From the NCBI RefSeq assembly GCF_009914755.1, contig NC_060940.1: a stretch of 64,000 nt of DNA; one strand, 5' to 3'. Within the stretch, counting starts at the first letter, position 1. Each line of letters starts with the position of its first letter. Shown one piece after another: positions 12,301-26,400 of the stretch. Made by a program: the position numbers and the translations under genes. Source of the DNA: the human T2T-CHM13v2.0 reference genome, Homo sapiens. Below the pieces are notes generated by a model. It made no database searches and was not told the origin of the DNA. It worked only from the letters and a program-made list of their open reading frames with translations.

Positions 12301-15300
12301 TCTGCAAGTGGATATTCAGACCTCTTTGAGGCCTTCGTTGGAAACGGGATTTCTTCATATTATGCTAGACAGATGAATTCTCAGTAACTTCCTTGTGTTG
12401 TGTGTATTCAACTCACAGAGTTGAACGATCCTTTACACAGAGCAGATTTGAAACACTGTTTTTCTGGAATTTGCAAGTGGAGATTTCAGCCGCTTTGAGG
12501 TCAATGGTAGAAAAGGAAATATCTTCGTATAAAAACTAGACAGAATGATTCTCAGAAACTCCTTTGTGATGTGTGCGTTCAACTCACAGAGTTTAACCTT
12601 TCTTTTCACAGAGCAGTTAGGAAACACTCTGTTTGTGAAGCCTGCCAGTGGATATTCGGACCTCTTTGAGGCCTTCGTTGGAAACGGGATTTCTTCATAT
12701 TATGCTAGACAGAAGATTTCTCAGTAACTTCTTTGTGTTGTGTGTATGCAACTCACAGAGTTCAACCTTCCTTTAGACAGAGCAGATTTGAAACACTCTT
12801 TTTGTGGAATTTGCAAGTGGAGATTTCAAGCGCTTCGATGCCAATGGTAGAAAAGGAAATATCTTCGTATAAAAACAAGACAAACTCGTTCCCAGACACT
12901 GCGTAGTGATGTGTGTGTTTAACTCACAGAGTTTAACCTTTCTTTTCATACAGCATTCTGGAAACCCTGTGTTTGTAAAGTCTGCAAGTGGATATTTGGA
13001 CCTCTTAGATGCCTTCGTTGGAAACGGGATTTCTTCATATAATGCTAGAGGGAAGAATTCTTAGTAACTTCTTTGTGTTGTGTGTATTCAACTGACAGAG
13101 TTGAACCTTCCTTTAGACAGAGCAGATTTGAAAGTCTCTTTCTGTGGAATTTGCAAGTGGAGATTTCAAGCGCTTTGAGGCCAAAAGCAGAAAAGGAAGT
13201 ATTTTCCTATAAAAACTCGACAGAATCTTTCTCAGAAACTGCTCTGGGATGTGTGCGTTCAACTCACAGAGTTTAACTTTTCTTTTCATTCAGCAGTTTG
13301 GAAACACTCTGTTTGGAAAGTCTGCACGTGGATATTTTGACCTCTTTGAGGCCTTCGTTGGAAACGGGTTTTTTTCATGTAAGGCTAGACAGAAGAAATC
13401 TCAGTAACTTCCTTGTGTTGTGTGTATTCAACTGACAGAGTTGAACCTTCCTTTAGACAGAGCAGATTCGAAACACTCTTTTTCTGCAATTTGCAAGTGG
13501 AGACTTCAAGCGCTTTGAGGCCAAAGGCAGAAAAGGAAATATCTTCGTATAAAAACCCGACAGAATCATTCTCAGAAACTGCTCTGTGATGTGTGCGTTC
13601 AACTCACAGAGTTTAACTTTTCTTTTCATTCAGCAGTTTGGAAACACTCTGTTTGTAAAGTCTGCAAGTGGATATCTTGGCCTCTTAGAGGCCTTCGTTG
13701 GAAACGGGTTTTTTCATGTAAGGATAGACAGAGGAATTCCCAGTAACTTCCTTGTGTTGTGTGCATTCAACTCACAGAGTTGAATGATTCTTTACACAGA
13801 GCAGATTTGAGACACTCTTTTGGTGGAATTTGTAAGTGGAGAATTCAGCCGCTTTGAGGTCAACGGTAGAAAAGGAAATATCTTCGTATAAAAACTAGAC
13901 AGAATGATTCTCAGAAACTGTTTTGTGATGTGTGCGTTCAACTCACAGAGTTTAACCTTTCTTTTCAAAGAGCAGTTAGGAAACACTCTGTTTGTAAAGT
14001 CTGCAAGTGGATATTCAGACCTCTTTGAGGCCTTCGTTGGAAACGGGATTTCTTCATATTATGCTAGACAGATGAATTCTCAGTAACTTCCTTGTGTTGT
14101 GTGTATTCAACTCACAGAGTTGAACGATCCTTTACACAGAGCAGATTTGAAACACTGTTTTTCTGGAATTTGCAAGTGGAGATTTCAGCCGCTTTGAGGT
14201 CAATGGTAGAAAAGGAAATATCTTCGTATAAAAACTAGACAGAATGATTCTCAGAAACTCCTTTGTGATGTGTGCGTTCAACTCACAGAGTTTAACCTTT
14301 CTTTTCACAGAGCAGTTAGGAAACACTCTGTTTGTGAAGCCTGCCAGTGGATATTCGGACCTCTTTGAGGCCTTCGTTGGAAACGGGATTTCTTCATATT
14401 ATGCTAGACAGAAGATTTCTCAGTAACTTCTTTGTGTTGTGTGTATGCAACTCACAGAGTTCAACCTTCCTTTAGACAGAGCAGATTTGAAACACTCTTT
14501 TTGTGGAATTTGCAAGTGGAGATTTCAAGCGCTTCGATGCCAATGGTAGAAAAGGAAATATCTTCGTATAAAAACAAGACAAACTCGTTCCCAGACACTG
14601 CGTAGTGATGTGTGTGTTTAACTCACAGAGTTTAACCTTTCTTTTCATACAGCATTCTGGAAACCCTGTGTTTGTAAAGTCTGCAAGTGGATATTTGGAC
14701 CTCTTAGATGCCTTCGTTGGAAACGGGATTTCTTCATATAATGCTAGAGGGAAGAATTCTTAGTAACTTCTTTGTGTTGTGTGTATTCAACTGACAGAGT
14801 TGAACCTTCCTTTAGACAGAGCAGATTTGAAAGTCTCTTTCTGTGGAATTTGCAAGTGGAGATTTCAAGCGCTTTGAGGCCAAAAGCAGAAAAGGAAGTA
14901 TTTTCCTATAAAAACTCGACAGAATCTTTCTCAGAAACTGCTCTGGGATGTGTGCGTTCAACTCACAGAGTTTAACTTTTCTTTTCATTCAGCAGTTTGG
15001 AAACACTCTGTTTGGAAAGTCTGCACGTGGATATTTTGACCTCTTTGAGGCCTTCGTTGGAAACGGGTTTTTTTCATGTAAGGCTAGACAGAAGAAATCT
15101 CAGTAACTTCCTTGTGTTGTGTGTATTCAACTGACAGAGTTGAACCTTCCTTTAGACAGAGCAGATTCGAAACACTCTTTTTCTGCAATTTGCAAGTGGA
15201 GACTTCAAGCGCTTTGAGGCCAAAGGCAGAAAAGGAAATATCTTCGTATAAAAACCCGACAGAATCATTCTCAGAAACTGCTCTGTGATGTGTGCGTTCA

Positions 15301-18300
15301 ACTCACAGAGTTTAACTTTTCTTTTCATTCAGCAGTTTGGAAACACTCTGTTTGTAAAGTCTGCAAGTGGATATCTTGGCCTCTTAGAGGCCTTCGTTGG
15401 AAACGGGTTTTTTCATGTAAGGATAGACAGAGGAATTCCCAGTAACTTCCTTGTGTTGTGTGCATTCAACTCACAGAGTTGAATGATTCTTTACACAGAG
15501 CAGATTTGAGACACTCTTTTGGTGGAATTTGTAAGTGGAGAATTCAGCCGCTTTGAGGTCAACGGTAGAAAAGGAAATATCTTCGTATAAAAACTAGACA
15601 GAATGATTCTCAGAAACTGTTTTGTGATGTGTGCGTTCAACTCACAGAGTTTAACCTTTCTTTTCAAAGAGCAGTTAGGAAACACTCTGTTTGTAAAGTC
15701 TGCAAGTGGATATTCAGACCTCTTTGAGGCCTTCGTTGGAAACGGGATTTCTTCATATTATGCTAGAGAGATGAATTCTCAGTAACTTCCTTGTGTTGTG
15801 TGTATTCAACTCACAGAGTTGAACGATCCTTTACACAGAGCAGATTTGAAACACTGTTTTTCTGGAATTTGCAAGTGGAGATTTCAGCCGCTTTGAGGTC
15901 AATGGTAGAAAAGGAAATATCTTCGTATAAAAACTAGACAGAATGATTCTCAGAAACTCCTTTGTGATGTGTGCGTTCAACTCACAGAGTTTAACCTTTC
16001 TTTTCACAGAGCAGTTAGGAAACACTCTGTTTGTGAAGCCTGCCAGTGGATATTCGGACCTCTTTGAGGCCTTCGTTGGAAACGGGATTTCTTCATATTA
16101 TGCTAGACAGAAGATTTCTCAGTAACTTCTTTGTGTTGTGTGTATGCAACTCACAGAGTTCAACCTTCCTTTAGACAGAGCAGATTTGAAACACTCTTTT
16201 TGTGGAATTTGCAAGTGGAGATTTCAAGCGCTTCGATGCCAATGGTAGAAAAGGAAATATCTTCGTAGAAAAACAAGACAAACTCGTTCCCAGACACTGC
16301 GTAGTGATGTGTGTGTTTAACTCACAGAGTTTAACCTTTCTTTTCATACAGCATTCTGGAAACCCTGTGTTTGTAAAGTCTGCAAGTGGATATTTGGACC
16401 TCTTAGATGCCTTCGTTGGAAACGGGATTTCTTCATATAATGCTAGAGGGAAGAATTCTTAGTAACTTCTTTGTGTTGTGTGTATTCAACTGACAGAGTT
16501 GAACCTTCCTTTAGACAGAGCAGATTTGAAAGTCTCTTTCTGTGGAATTTGCAAGTGGAGATTTCAAGCGCTTTGAGGCCAAAAGCAGAAAAGGAAGTAT
16601 TTTCCTATAAAAACTCGACAGAATCTTTCTCAGAAACTGCTCTGGGATGTGTGCGTTCAACTCACAGAGTTTAACTTTTCTTTTCATTCAGCAGTTTGGA
16701 AACACTCTGTTTGGAAAGTCTGCACGTGGATATTTTGACCTCTTTGAGGCCTTCGTTGGAAACGGGTTTTTTTCATGTAAGGCTAGACAGAAGAAATCTC
16801 AGTAACTTCCTTGTGTTGTGTGTATTCAACTGACAGAGTTGAACCTTCCTTTAGACAGAGCAGATTCGAAACACTCTTTTTCTGCAATTTGCAAGTGGAG
16901 ACTTCAAGCGCTTTGAGGCCAAAGGCAGAAAAGGAAATATCTTCGTATAAAAACCCGACAGAATCATTCTCAGAAACTGCTCTGTGATGTGTGCGTTCAA
17001 CTCACAGAGTTTAACTTTTCTTTTCATTCAGCAGTTTGGAAACACTCTGTTTGTAAAGTCTGCAAGTGGATATCTTGGCCTCTTAGAGGCCTTCGTTGGA
17101 AACGGGTTTTTTCATGTAAGGATAGACAGAGGAATTCCCAGTAACTTCCTTGTGTTGTGTGCATTCAACTCACAGAGTTGAATGATTCTTTACACAGAGC
17201 AGATTTGAGACACTCTTTTGGTGGAATTTGTAAGTGGAGAATTCAGCCGCTTTGAGGTCAACGGTAGAAAAGGAAATATCTTCGTATAAAAACTAGACAG
17301 AATGATTCTCAGAAACTGTTTTGTGATGTGTGCGTTCAACTCACAGAGTTTAACCTTTCTTTTCAAAGAGCAGTTAGGAAACACTCTGTTTGTAAAGTCT
17401 GCAAGTGGATATTCAGACCTCTTTGAGGCCTTCGTTGGAAACGGGATTTCTTCATATTATGCTAGACAGATGAATTCTCAGTAACTTCCTTGTGTTGTGT
17501 GTATTCAACTCACAGAGTTGAACGATCCTTTACACAGAGCAGATTTGAAACACTGTTTTTCTGGAATTTGCAAGTGGAGATTTCAGCCGCTTTGAGGTCA
17601 ATGGTAGAAAAGGAAATATCTTCGTATAAAAACTAGACAGAATGATTCTCAGAAACTCCTTTGTGATGTGTGCGTTCAACTCACAGAGTTTAACCTTTCT
17701 TTTCACAGAGCAGTTAGGAAACACTCTGTTTGTGAAGCCTGCCAGTGGATATTCGGACCTCTTTGAGGCCTTCGTTGGAAACGGGATTTCTTCATATTAT
17801 GCTAGACAGAAGATTTCTCAGTAACTTCTTTGTGTTGTGTGTATGCAACTCACAGAGTTCAACCTTCCTTTAGACAGAGCAGATTTGAAACACTCTTTTT
17901 GTGGAATTTGCAAGTGGAGATTTCAAGCGCTTCGATGCCAATGGTAGAAAAGGAAATATCTTCGTATAAAAACAAGACAAACTCGTTCCCAGACACTGCG
18001 TAGTGATGTGTGTGTTTAACTCACAGAGTTTAACCTTTCTTTTCATACAGCATTCTGGAAACCCTGTGTTTGTAAAGTCTGCAAGTGGATATTTGGACCT
18101 CTTAGATGCCTTCGTTGGAAACGGGATTTCTTCATATAATGCTAGAGGGAAGAATTCTTAGTAACTTCTTTGTGTTGTGTGTATTCAACTGACAGAGTTG
18201 AACCTTCCTTTAGACAGAGCAGATTTGAAAGTCTCTTTTTGTGGAATTTGCAAGTGGAGATTTCAAGCGCTTTGAGGCCAAAAGCAGAAAAGGAAATATT

Positions 18301-18682
18301 TTCCTATAAAAACTCGACAGAATCTTTCTCAGAAACTGCTCTGGGATGTGTGCGTTCAACTCACAGAGTTTAACTTTTCTTTTCATTCAGCAGTTTGGAA
18401 ACACTCTGTTTGGAAAGTCTGCACGTGGATATTTTGACCTCTTTGAGGCCTTCGTTGGAAACGGGTTTTTTTCATGTAAGGCTAGACAGAAGAAATCTCA
18501 GTAACTTCCTTGTGTTGTGTGTATTCAACTGACAGAGTTGAACCTTCCTTTAGACAGAGCAGATTCGAAACACTCTTTTTCTGCAATTTGCAAGTGGAGA
18601 CTTCAAGCGCTTTGAGGCCAAAGGCAGAAAAGGAAATATCTTCGTATAAAAACCCGACAGAATCATTCTCAGAAACTGCTCT

Positions 18683-20379
18683 GTGATGTGTGCGTTCAAC
18701 TCACAGAGTTTAACTTTTCTTTTCATTCAGCAGTTTGGAAACACTCTGTTTGTAAAGTCTGCAAGTGGATATCTTGGCCTCTTAGAGGCCTTCGTTGGAA
18801 ACGGGTTTTTTCATGTAAGGTTAGACAGAGGAATTCCCAGTAACTTCCTTGTGTTGTGTGCATTCAACTCACAGAGTTGAATGATTCTTTACACAGAGCA
18901 GATTTGAGACACTCTTTTGGTGGAATTTGTAAGTGGAGAATTCAGCCGCTTTGAGGTCAACGGTAGAAAAGGAAATATCTTCGTATAAAAACTAGACAGA
19001 ATGATTCTCAGAAACTGTTTTGTGATGTGTGCGTTCAACTCACAGAGTTTAACCTTTCTTTTCAAAGAGCAGTTAGGAAACACTGTTTGTAAAGTCTGCA
19101 AGTGGATATTCAGACCTCTTTGAGGCCTTCGTTGGAAACGGGATTTCTTCATATTATGCTAGACAGATGAATTCTCAGTAACTTCCTTGTGTTGTGTGTA
19201 TTCAACTCACAGAGTTGAACGATCCTTTACACAGAGCAGATTTGAAACCCTGGTTTTCTGGAATTTGCAAGTGGAGATTTCAGCCGCTTTGAGGTCAACG
19301 GAAGAAAAGGAAATATCTTCGTATAAAAACTAGACAGAATGATTCTCAGAAACTCCTTTGTGATGTGTGCGTTCAACTCACAGAGTTTAACCTTTCTTTT
19401 CACAGAGCAGTTAGGAAACACTCTGTTTGTGAAGCCTGCCAGTGGATATTCGGACCTCTTTGAGGCCTTCGTTGGAAACGGGATTTCTTCATATTATGCT
19501 AGACAGAAGATTTCTCAGTAACTTCTTTGTGTTGTGTGTATGCAACTCACAGAGTTCAACCTTCCTTTAGACAGAGCAGATTTGAAACACTCTTTTTGTG
19601 GAATTTGCAAGTGGAGATTTCAAGCGCTTCGATGCCAATGGTAGAAAAGGAAATATCTTCGTATAAAAACAAGACAAACTCGTTCCCAGACACTGCGTAG
19701 TGATGTGTGTGTTTAACTCACAGAGTTTAACCTTTCTTTTCATACAGCATTCTGGAAACCCTGTGTTTGTAAAGTCTGCAAGTGGATATTTGGACCTCTT
19801 AGATGCCTTCGTTGGAAACGGGATTTCTTCATATAATGCTAGAGGGAAGAATTCTTAGTAACTTCTTTGTGTTGTGTGTATTCAACTGACAGAGTTGAAC
19901 CTTCCTTTAGACAGAGCAGATTTGAAAGTCTCTTTTTGTGGAATTTGCAAGTGGAGATTTCAAGCGCTTTGAGGCCAAAAGCAGAAAAGGAAATATTTTC
20001 CTATAAAAACTCGACAGAATCTTTCTCAGAAACTGCTCTGGGATGTGTGCGTTCAACTCACAGAGTTTAACTTTTCTTTTCATTCAGCAGTTTGGAAACA
20101 CTCTGTTTGGAAAGTCTGCACGTGGATATTTTGACCTCTTTGAGGCCTTCGTTGGAAACGGGTTTTTTTCATGTAAGGCTAGACAGAAGAAATCTCAGTA
20201 ACTTCCTTGTGTTGTGTGTATTCAACTGACAGAGTTGAACCTTCCTTTAGACAGAGCAGATTCGAAACACTCTTTTTCTGCAATTTGCAAGTGGAGACTT
20301 CAAGCGCTTTGAGGCCAAAGGCAGAAAAGGAAATATCTTCGTATAAAAACCCGACAGAATCATTCTCAGAAACTGCTCT
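18683..20379 (+). repeat. 1697-bp HOR variant (2-bp CT deletion near 19083)
   Basis: AAACACTCTGTTT reads AAACACTGTTT; anchor spacing is 1697. The same deletion is in units 23437, 52316 and 55715. Confidence 0.93.
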
Positions 20380-22077
20380 GTGATGTGTGCGTTCAACTCA
20401 CAGAGTTTAACTTTTCTTTTCATTCAGCAGTTTGGAAACACTCTGTTTGTAAAGTCTGCAAGTGGATATCTTGGCCTCTTAGAGGCCTTCGTTGGAAACG
20501 GGTTTTTTCATGTAAGGATAGACAGAGGAATTCCCAGTAACTTCCTTGTGTTGTGTGCATTCAACTCACAGAGTTGAATGATTCTTTACACAGAGCAGAT
20601 TTGAGACACTCTTTTGGTGGAATTTGTAAGTGGAGAATTCAGCCGCTTTGAGGTCAACGGTAGAAAAGGAAATATCTTCGTATAAAAACTAGACAGAATG
20701 ATTCTCAGAAACTGTTTTGTGATGTGTGCGTTCAACTCACAGAGTTTAACCTTTCTTTTCAAAGAGCAGTTAGGAAACACTCTGTTTGTAAAGTCTGCAA
20801 GTGGATATTCAGACCTCTTTGAGGCCTTCGTTGGAAACGGGATTTCTTCATATTATGCTAGACAGATGAATTCTCAGTAACTTCCTTGTGTTGTGTGTAT
20901 TCAACTCACAGAGTTGAACGATCCTTTACACAGAGCAGATTTGAAACACTGTTTTTCTGGAATTTGCAAGTGGAGATTTCAGCCGCTTTGAGGTCAATGG
21001 TAGAAAAGGAAATATCTTCGTATAAAAACTAGACAGAATGATTCTCAGAAACTCCTTTGTGATGTGTGCGTTCAACTCACAGAGTTTAACCTTTCTTTTC
21101 ACAGAGCAGTTAGGAAACACTCTGTTTGTGAAGCCTGCCAGTGGATATTCGGACCTCTTTGAGGCCTTCGTTGGAAACGGGATTTCTTCATATTATGCTA
21201 GACAGAAGATTTCTCAGTAACTTCTTTGTGTTGTGTGTATGCAACTCACAGAGTTCAACCTTCCTTTAGACAGAGCAGATTTGAAACACTCTTTTTGTGG
21301 AATTTGCAAGTGGAGATTTCAAGCGCTTCGATGCCAATGGTAGAAAAGGAAATATCTTCGTAGAAAAACAAGACAAACTCGTTCCCAGACACTGCGTAGT
21401 GATGTGTGTGTTTAACTCACAGAGTTTAACCTTTCTTTTCATACAGCATTCTGGAAACCCTCTGTTTGTAAAGTCTGCAAGTGGATATTTGGACCTCTTA
21501 GATGCCTTCGTTGGAAACGGGATTTCTTCATATAATGCTAGAGGGAAGAATTCTTAGTAACTTCTTTTGTTGTGTGTATTCAACTGACAGAGTTGAACCT
21601 TCCTTTAGACAGAGCAGATTTGAAAGTCTCTTTTTGTGGAATTTGCAAGTGGAGATTTCAAGCGCTTTGAGGCCAAAAGCAGAAAAGGAAGTATTTTCCT
21701 ATAAAAACTCGACAGAATCTTTCTCAGAAACTGCTCTGGGACGTGTGCGTTCAACTCATAGAGTTTAACTTTTCTTTTCATTCAGCAGTTTGGAAACACT
21801 CTGTTTGGAAAGTCTGCACGTGGATATTTTGACCTCTTTGAGGCCTTTGTTGGAAACGGGTTTTTTTCATGTAAGGCTAGACAGAAGAAATCTCAGTAAC
21901 TTCCTTGTGTTGTGTGTATTCAACTGACAGAGTTGAACCTTCCTTTAGACAGAGCAGATTCGAAACACTCTTTTTCTGCAATTTGCAAGTGGAGACTTCA
22001 AGCGCTTTGAGGCCAAAGGCAGAAAAGGAAATATCTTCGTATAAAAACCCGACAGAATCATTCTCAGAAACTGCTCT
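20380..22077 (+). repeat. 1698-bp HOR variant (1-bp G deletion near 21568)
   Basis: CTTCTTTGTGTTG reads CTTCTTTTGTTG; anchor spacing is 1698. The same variant is in unit 26833 (near 28021). Confidence 0.92.
21845..21861 (+). promoter_or_regulatory. Mutated CENP-B box (TTCG>TTTG); also at 28298, 31356, 32715, 47666, 49025
   Basis: CTTTGTTGGAAACGGGT changes the core C at position 4 of the consensus. Confidence 0.9.
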
Positions 22078-23436
22078 GTGATGTGTGCGTTCAACTCACA
22101 GAGTTTAACTTTTCTATTCATTCAGCAGTTTGGAAACACTCTGTTTGTAAAGTCTGCAAGTGGATATCTTGGCCTCTTAGAGGCCTTCGTTGGAAACGGG
22201 TTTTTTCATGTAAGGTTAGACAGAGGAATTCCCAGTAACTTCCTTGTGTTGTGTGCATTCAACTCACAGAGTTGAATGATTCTTTACACAGAGCAGATTT
22301 GAGACACTCTTTTGGTGGAATTTGTAAGTGGAGAATTCAGCCGCTTTGAGGTCAACGGTAGAAAAGGAAATATCTTCGTATAAAAACTAGACAGAATGAT
22401 TCTCAGAAACTCCTTTGTGATGTGTGCGTTCAACTCACAGAGTTTAACCTTTCTTTTCACAGAGCAGTTAGGAAACACTCTGTTTGTGAAGCCTGCCAGT
22501 GGATATTCGGACCTCTTTGAGGCCTTCGTTGGAAACGGGATTTCTTCATATTATGCTAGACAGAAGATTTCTCAGTAACTTCTTTGTGTTGTGTGTATGC
22601 AACTCACAGAGTTCAACCTTCCTTTAGAGAGAGCATATTTGAAACACTCTTTTTGTGGAATTTGCAAGTGGAGATTTCAAGCGCTTCGATGCCAATGGTA
22701 GAAAAGGAAATATCTTCGTATAAAAACAAGACAAACTCGTTCCCAGACACTGCGTAGTGATGTGTGTGTTTAACTCACAGAGTTTAACCTTTCTTTTCAT
22801 ACAGCATTCTGGAAACCCTGTGTTTGTAAAGTCTGCAAGTGGATATTTGGACCTCTTAGATGCCTTCGTTGGAAACGGGATTTCTTCATATAATGCTAGA
22901 GGGAAGAATTCTTAGTAACTTCTTTGTGTTGTGTGTATTCAACTGACAGAGTTGAACCTTCCTTTAGACAGAGCAGATTTGAAAGTCTCTTTTTGTGGAA
23001 TTTGCAAGTGGAGATTTCAAGCGCTTTGAGGCCAAAAGCAGAAAAGGAAATATTTTCCTATAAAAACTCGACAGAATCTTTCTCAGAAACTGCTCTGGGA
23101 TGTGTGCGTTCAACTCACAGAGTTTAACTTTTCTTTTCATTCAGCAGTTTGGAAACACTCTGTTTGGAAAGTCTGCACGTGGATATTTTGACCTCTTTGA
23201 GGCCTTCGTTGGAAACGGGTTTTTTTCATGTAAGGCTAGACAGAAGAAATCTCAGTAACTTCCTTGTGTTGTGTGTATTCAACTGACAGAGTTGAACCTT
23301 CCTTTAGACAGAGCAGATTCGAAACACTCTTTTTCTGCAATTTGCAAGTGGAGACTTCAAGCGCTTTGAGGCCAAAGGCAGAAAAGGAAATATCTTCGTA
23401 TAAAAACCCGACAGAATCATTCTCAGAAACTGCTCT
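22078..23436 (+). repeat. 8-mer HOR structural variant (1359 bp; one 340-bp dimer deleted)
   Basis: Anchor spacing is 1359. The chimeric ORF 22284..22478 joins features of the two normally separate minus-strand ORFs, and the GATC-containing monomer is absent. Confidence 0.96.
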
Positions 23437-26400
23437 GTGATGTGTGCGTTCAACTCACAGAGTTTAACTTTTCTTTTCATTCAGCAGTTTGGAAACACTC
23501 TGTTTGTAAAGTCTGCAAGTGGATATCTTGGCCTCTTAGAGGCCTTCGTTGGAAACGGGTTTTTTCATGTAAGGTTAGAGAGAGGAATTCCCAGTAACTT
23601 CCTTGTGTTGTGTGCATTCAACTCACAGAGTTGAATGATTCTTTACACAGAGCAGATTTGAGACACTCTTTTGGTGGAATTTGTAAGTGGAGAATTCAGC
23701 CGCTTTGAGGTCAACGGTAGAAAAGGAAATATCTTCGTATAAAAACTAGACAGAATGATTCTCAGAAACTGTTTTGTGATGTGTGCGTTCAACTCACAGA
23801 GTTTAACCTTTCTTTTCAAAGAGCAGTTAGGAAACACTGTTTGTAAAGTCTGCAAGTGGATATTCAGACCTCTTTGAGGCCTTCGTTGGAAACGGGATTT
23901 CTTCATATTATGCTAGACAGATGAATTCTCAGTAACTTCCTTGTGTTGTGTGTATTCAACTCACAGAGTTGAACGATCCTTTACACAGAGCAGATTTGAA
24001 ACCCTGTTTTTCTGGAATTTGCAAGTGGAGATTTCAGCCGCTTTGAGGTCAACGGAAGAAAAGGAAATATCTTCGTATAAAAACTAGACAGAATGATTCT
24101 CAGAAACTCCTTTGTGATGTGTGCGTTCAACTCACAGAGTTTAACCTTTCTTTTCACAGAGCAGTTAGGAAACACTCTGTTTGTGAAGCCTGCCAGTGGA
24201 TATTCGGACCTCTTTGAGGCCTTCGTTGGAAACGGGATTTCTTCATATTATGCTAGACAGAAGATTTCTCAGTAACTTCTTTGTGTTGTGTGTATGCAAC
24301 TCACAGAGTTCAACCTTCCTTTAGACAGAGCAGATTTGAAACACTCTTTTTGTGGAATTTGCAAGTGGAGATTTCAAGCGCTTCGATGCCAATGGTAGAA
24401 AAGGAAATATCTTCGTATAAAAACAAGACAAACTCGTTCCCAGACACTGCGTAGTGATGTGTGTGTTTAACTCACAGAGTTTAACCTTTCTTTTCATACA
24501 GCATTCTGGAAACCCTGTGTTTGTAAAGTCTGCAAGTGGATATTTGGACCTCTTAGATGCCTTCGTTGGAAACGGGATTTCTTCATATAATGCTAGAGGG
24601 AAGAATTCTTAGTAACTTCTTTGTGTTGTGTGTATTCAACTGACAGAGTTGAACCTTCCTTTAGACAGAGCAGATTTGAAAGTCTCTTTTTGTGGAATTT
24701 GCAAGTGGAGATTTCAAGCGCTTTGAGGCCAAAAGCAGAAAAGGAAATATTTTCCTATAAAAACTCGACAGAATCTTTCTCAGAAACTGCTCTGGGATGT
24801 GTGCGTTCAACTCACAGAGTTTAACTTTTCTTTTCATTCAGCAGTTTGGAAACACTCTGTTTGGAAAGTCTGCACGTGGATATTTTGACCTCTTTGAGGC
24901 CTTCGTTGGAAACGGGTTTTTTTCATGTAAGGCTAGACAGAAGAAATCTCAGTAACTTCCTTGTGTTGTGTGTATTCAACTGACAGAGTTGAACCTTCCT
25001 TTAGACAGAGCAGATTCGAAACACTCTTTTTCTGCAATTTGCAAGTGGAGACTTCAAGCGCTTTGAGGCCAAAGGCAGAAAAGGAAATATCTTCGTATAA
25101 AAACCCGACAGAATCATTCTCAGAAACTGCTCTGTGATGTGTGCGTTCAACTCACAGAGTTTAACTTTTCTTTTCATTCAGCAGTTTGGAAACACTCTGT
25201 TTGTAAAGTCTGCAAGTGGATATCTTGGCCTCTTAGAGGCCTTCGTTGGAAACGGGTTTTTTCATGTAAGGATAGACAGAGGAATTCCCAGTAACTTCCT
25301 TGTGTTGTGTGCATTCAACTCACAGAGTTGAATGATTCTTTACACAGAGCAGATTTGAGACACTCTTTTGGTGGAATTTGTAAGTGGAGAATTCAGCCGC
25401 TTTGAGGTCAACGGTAGAAAAGGAAATATCTTCGTATAAAAACTAGACAGAATGATTCTCAGAAACTGTTTTGTGATGTGTGCGTTCAACTCACAGAGTT
25501 TAACCTTTCTTTTCAAAGAGCAGTTAGGAAACACTCTGTTTGTAAAGTCTGCAAGTGGATATTCAGACCTCTTTGAGGCCTTCGTTGGAAACGGGATTTC
25601 TTCATATTATGCTAGACAGATGAATTCTCAGTAACTTCCTTGTGTTGTGTGTATTCAACTCACAGAGTTGAACGATCCTTTACACAGAGCAGATTTGAAA
25701 CACTGTTTTTCTGGAATTTGCAAGTGGAGATTTCAGCCGCTTTGAGGTCAACGGTAGAAAAGGAAATATCTTCGTATAAAAACTAGACAGAATGATTCTC
25801 AGAAACTCCTTTGTGATGTGTGCGTTCAACTCACAGAGTTTAACCTTTCTTTTCACAGAGCAGTTAGGAAACACTCTGTTTGTGAAGCCTGCCAGTGGAT
25901 ATTCGGACCTCTTTGAGGCCTTCGTTGGAAACGGGATTTCTTCATATTATGCTAGACAGAAGATTTCTCAGTAACTTCTTTGTGTTGTGTGTATGCAACT
26001 CACAGAGTTCAACCTTCCTTTAGAGAGAGCATATTTGAAACACTCTTTTTGTGGAATTTGCAAGTGGAGATTTCAAGCGCTTCGATGCCAATGGTAGAAA
26101 AGGAAATATCTTCGTATAAAAACAAGACAAACTCGTTCCCAGACACTGCGTAGTGATGTGTGTGTTTAACTCACAGAGTTTAACCTTTCTTTTCATACAG
26201 CATTCTGGAAACCCTGTGTTTGTAAAGTCTGCAAGTGGATATTTGGACCTCTTAGATGCCTTCGTTGGAAACGGGATTTCTTCATATAATGCTAGAGGGA
26301 AGAATTCTTAGTAACTTCTTTGTGTTGTGTGTATTCAACTGACAGAGTTGAACCTTCCTTTAGACAGAGCAGATTTGAAAGTCTCTTTTTGTGGAATTTG

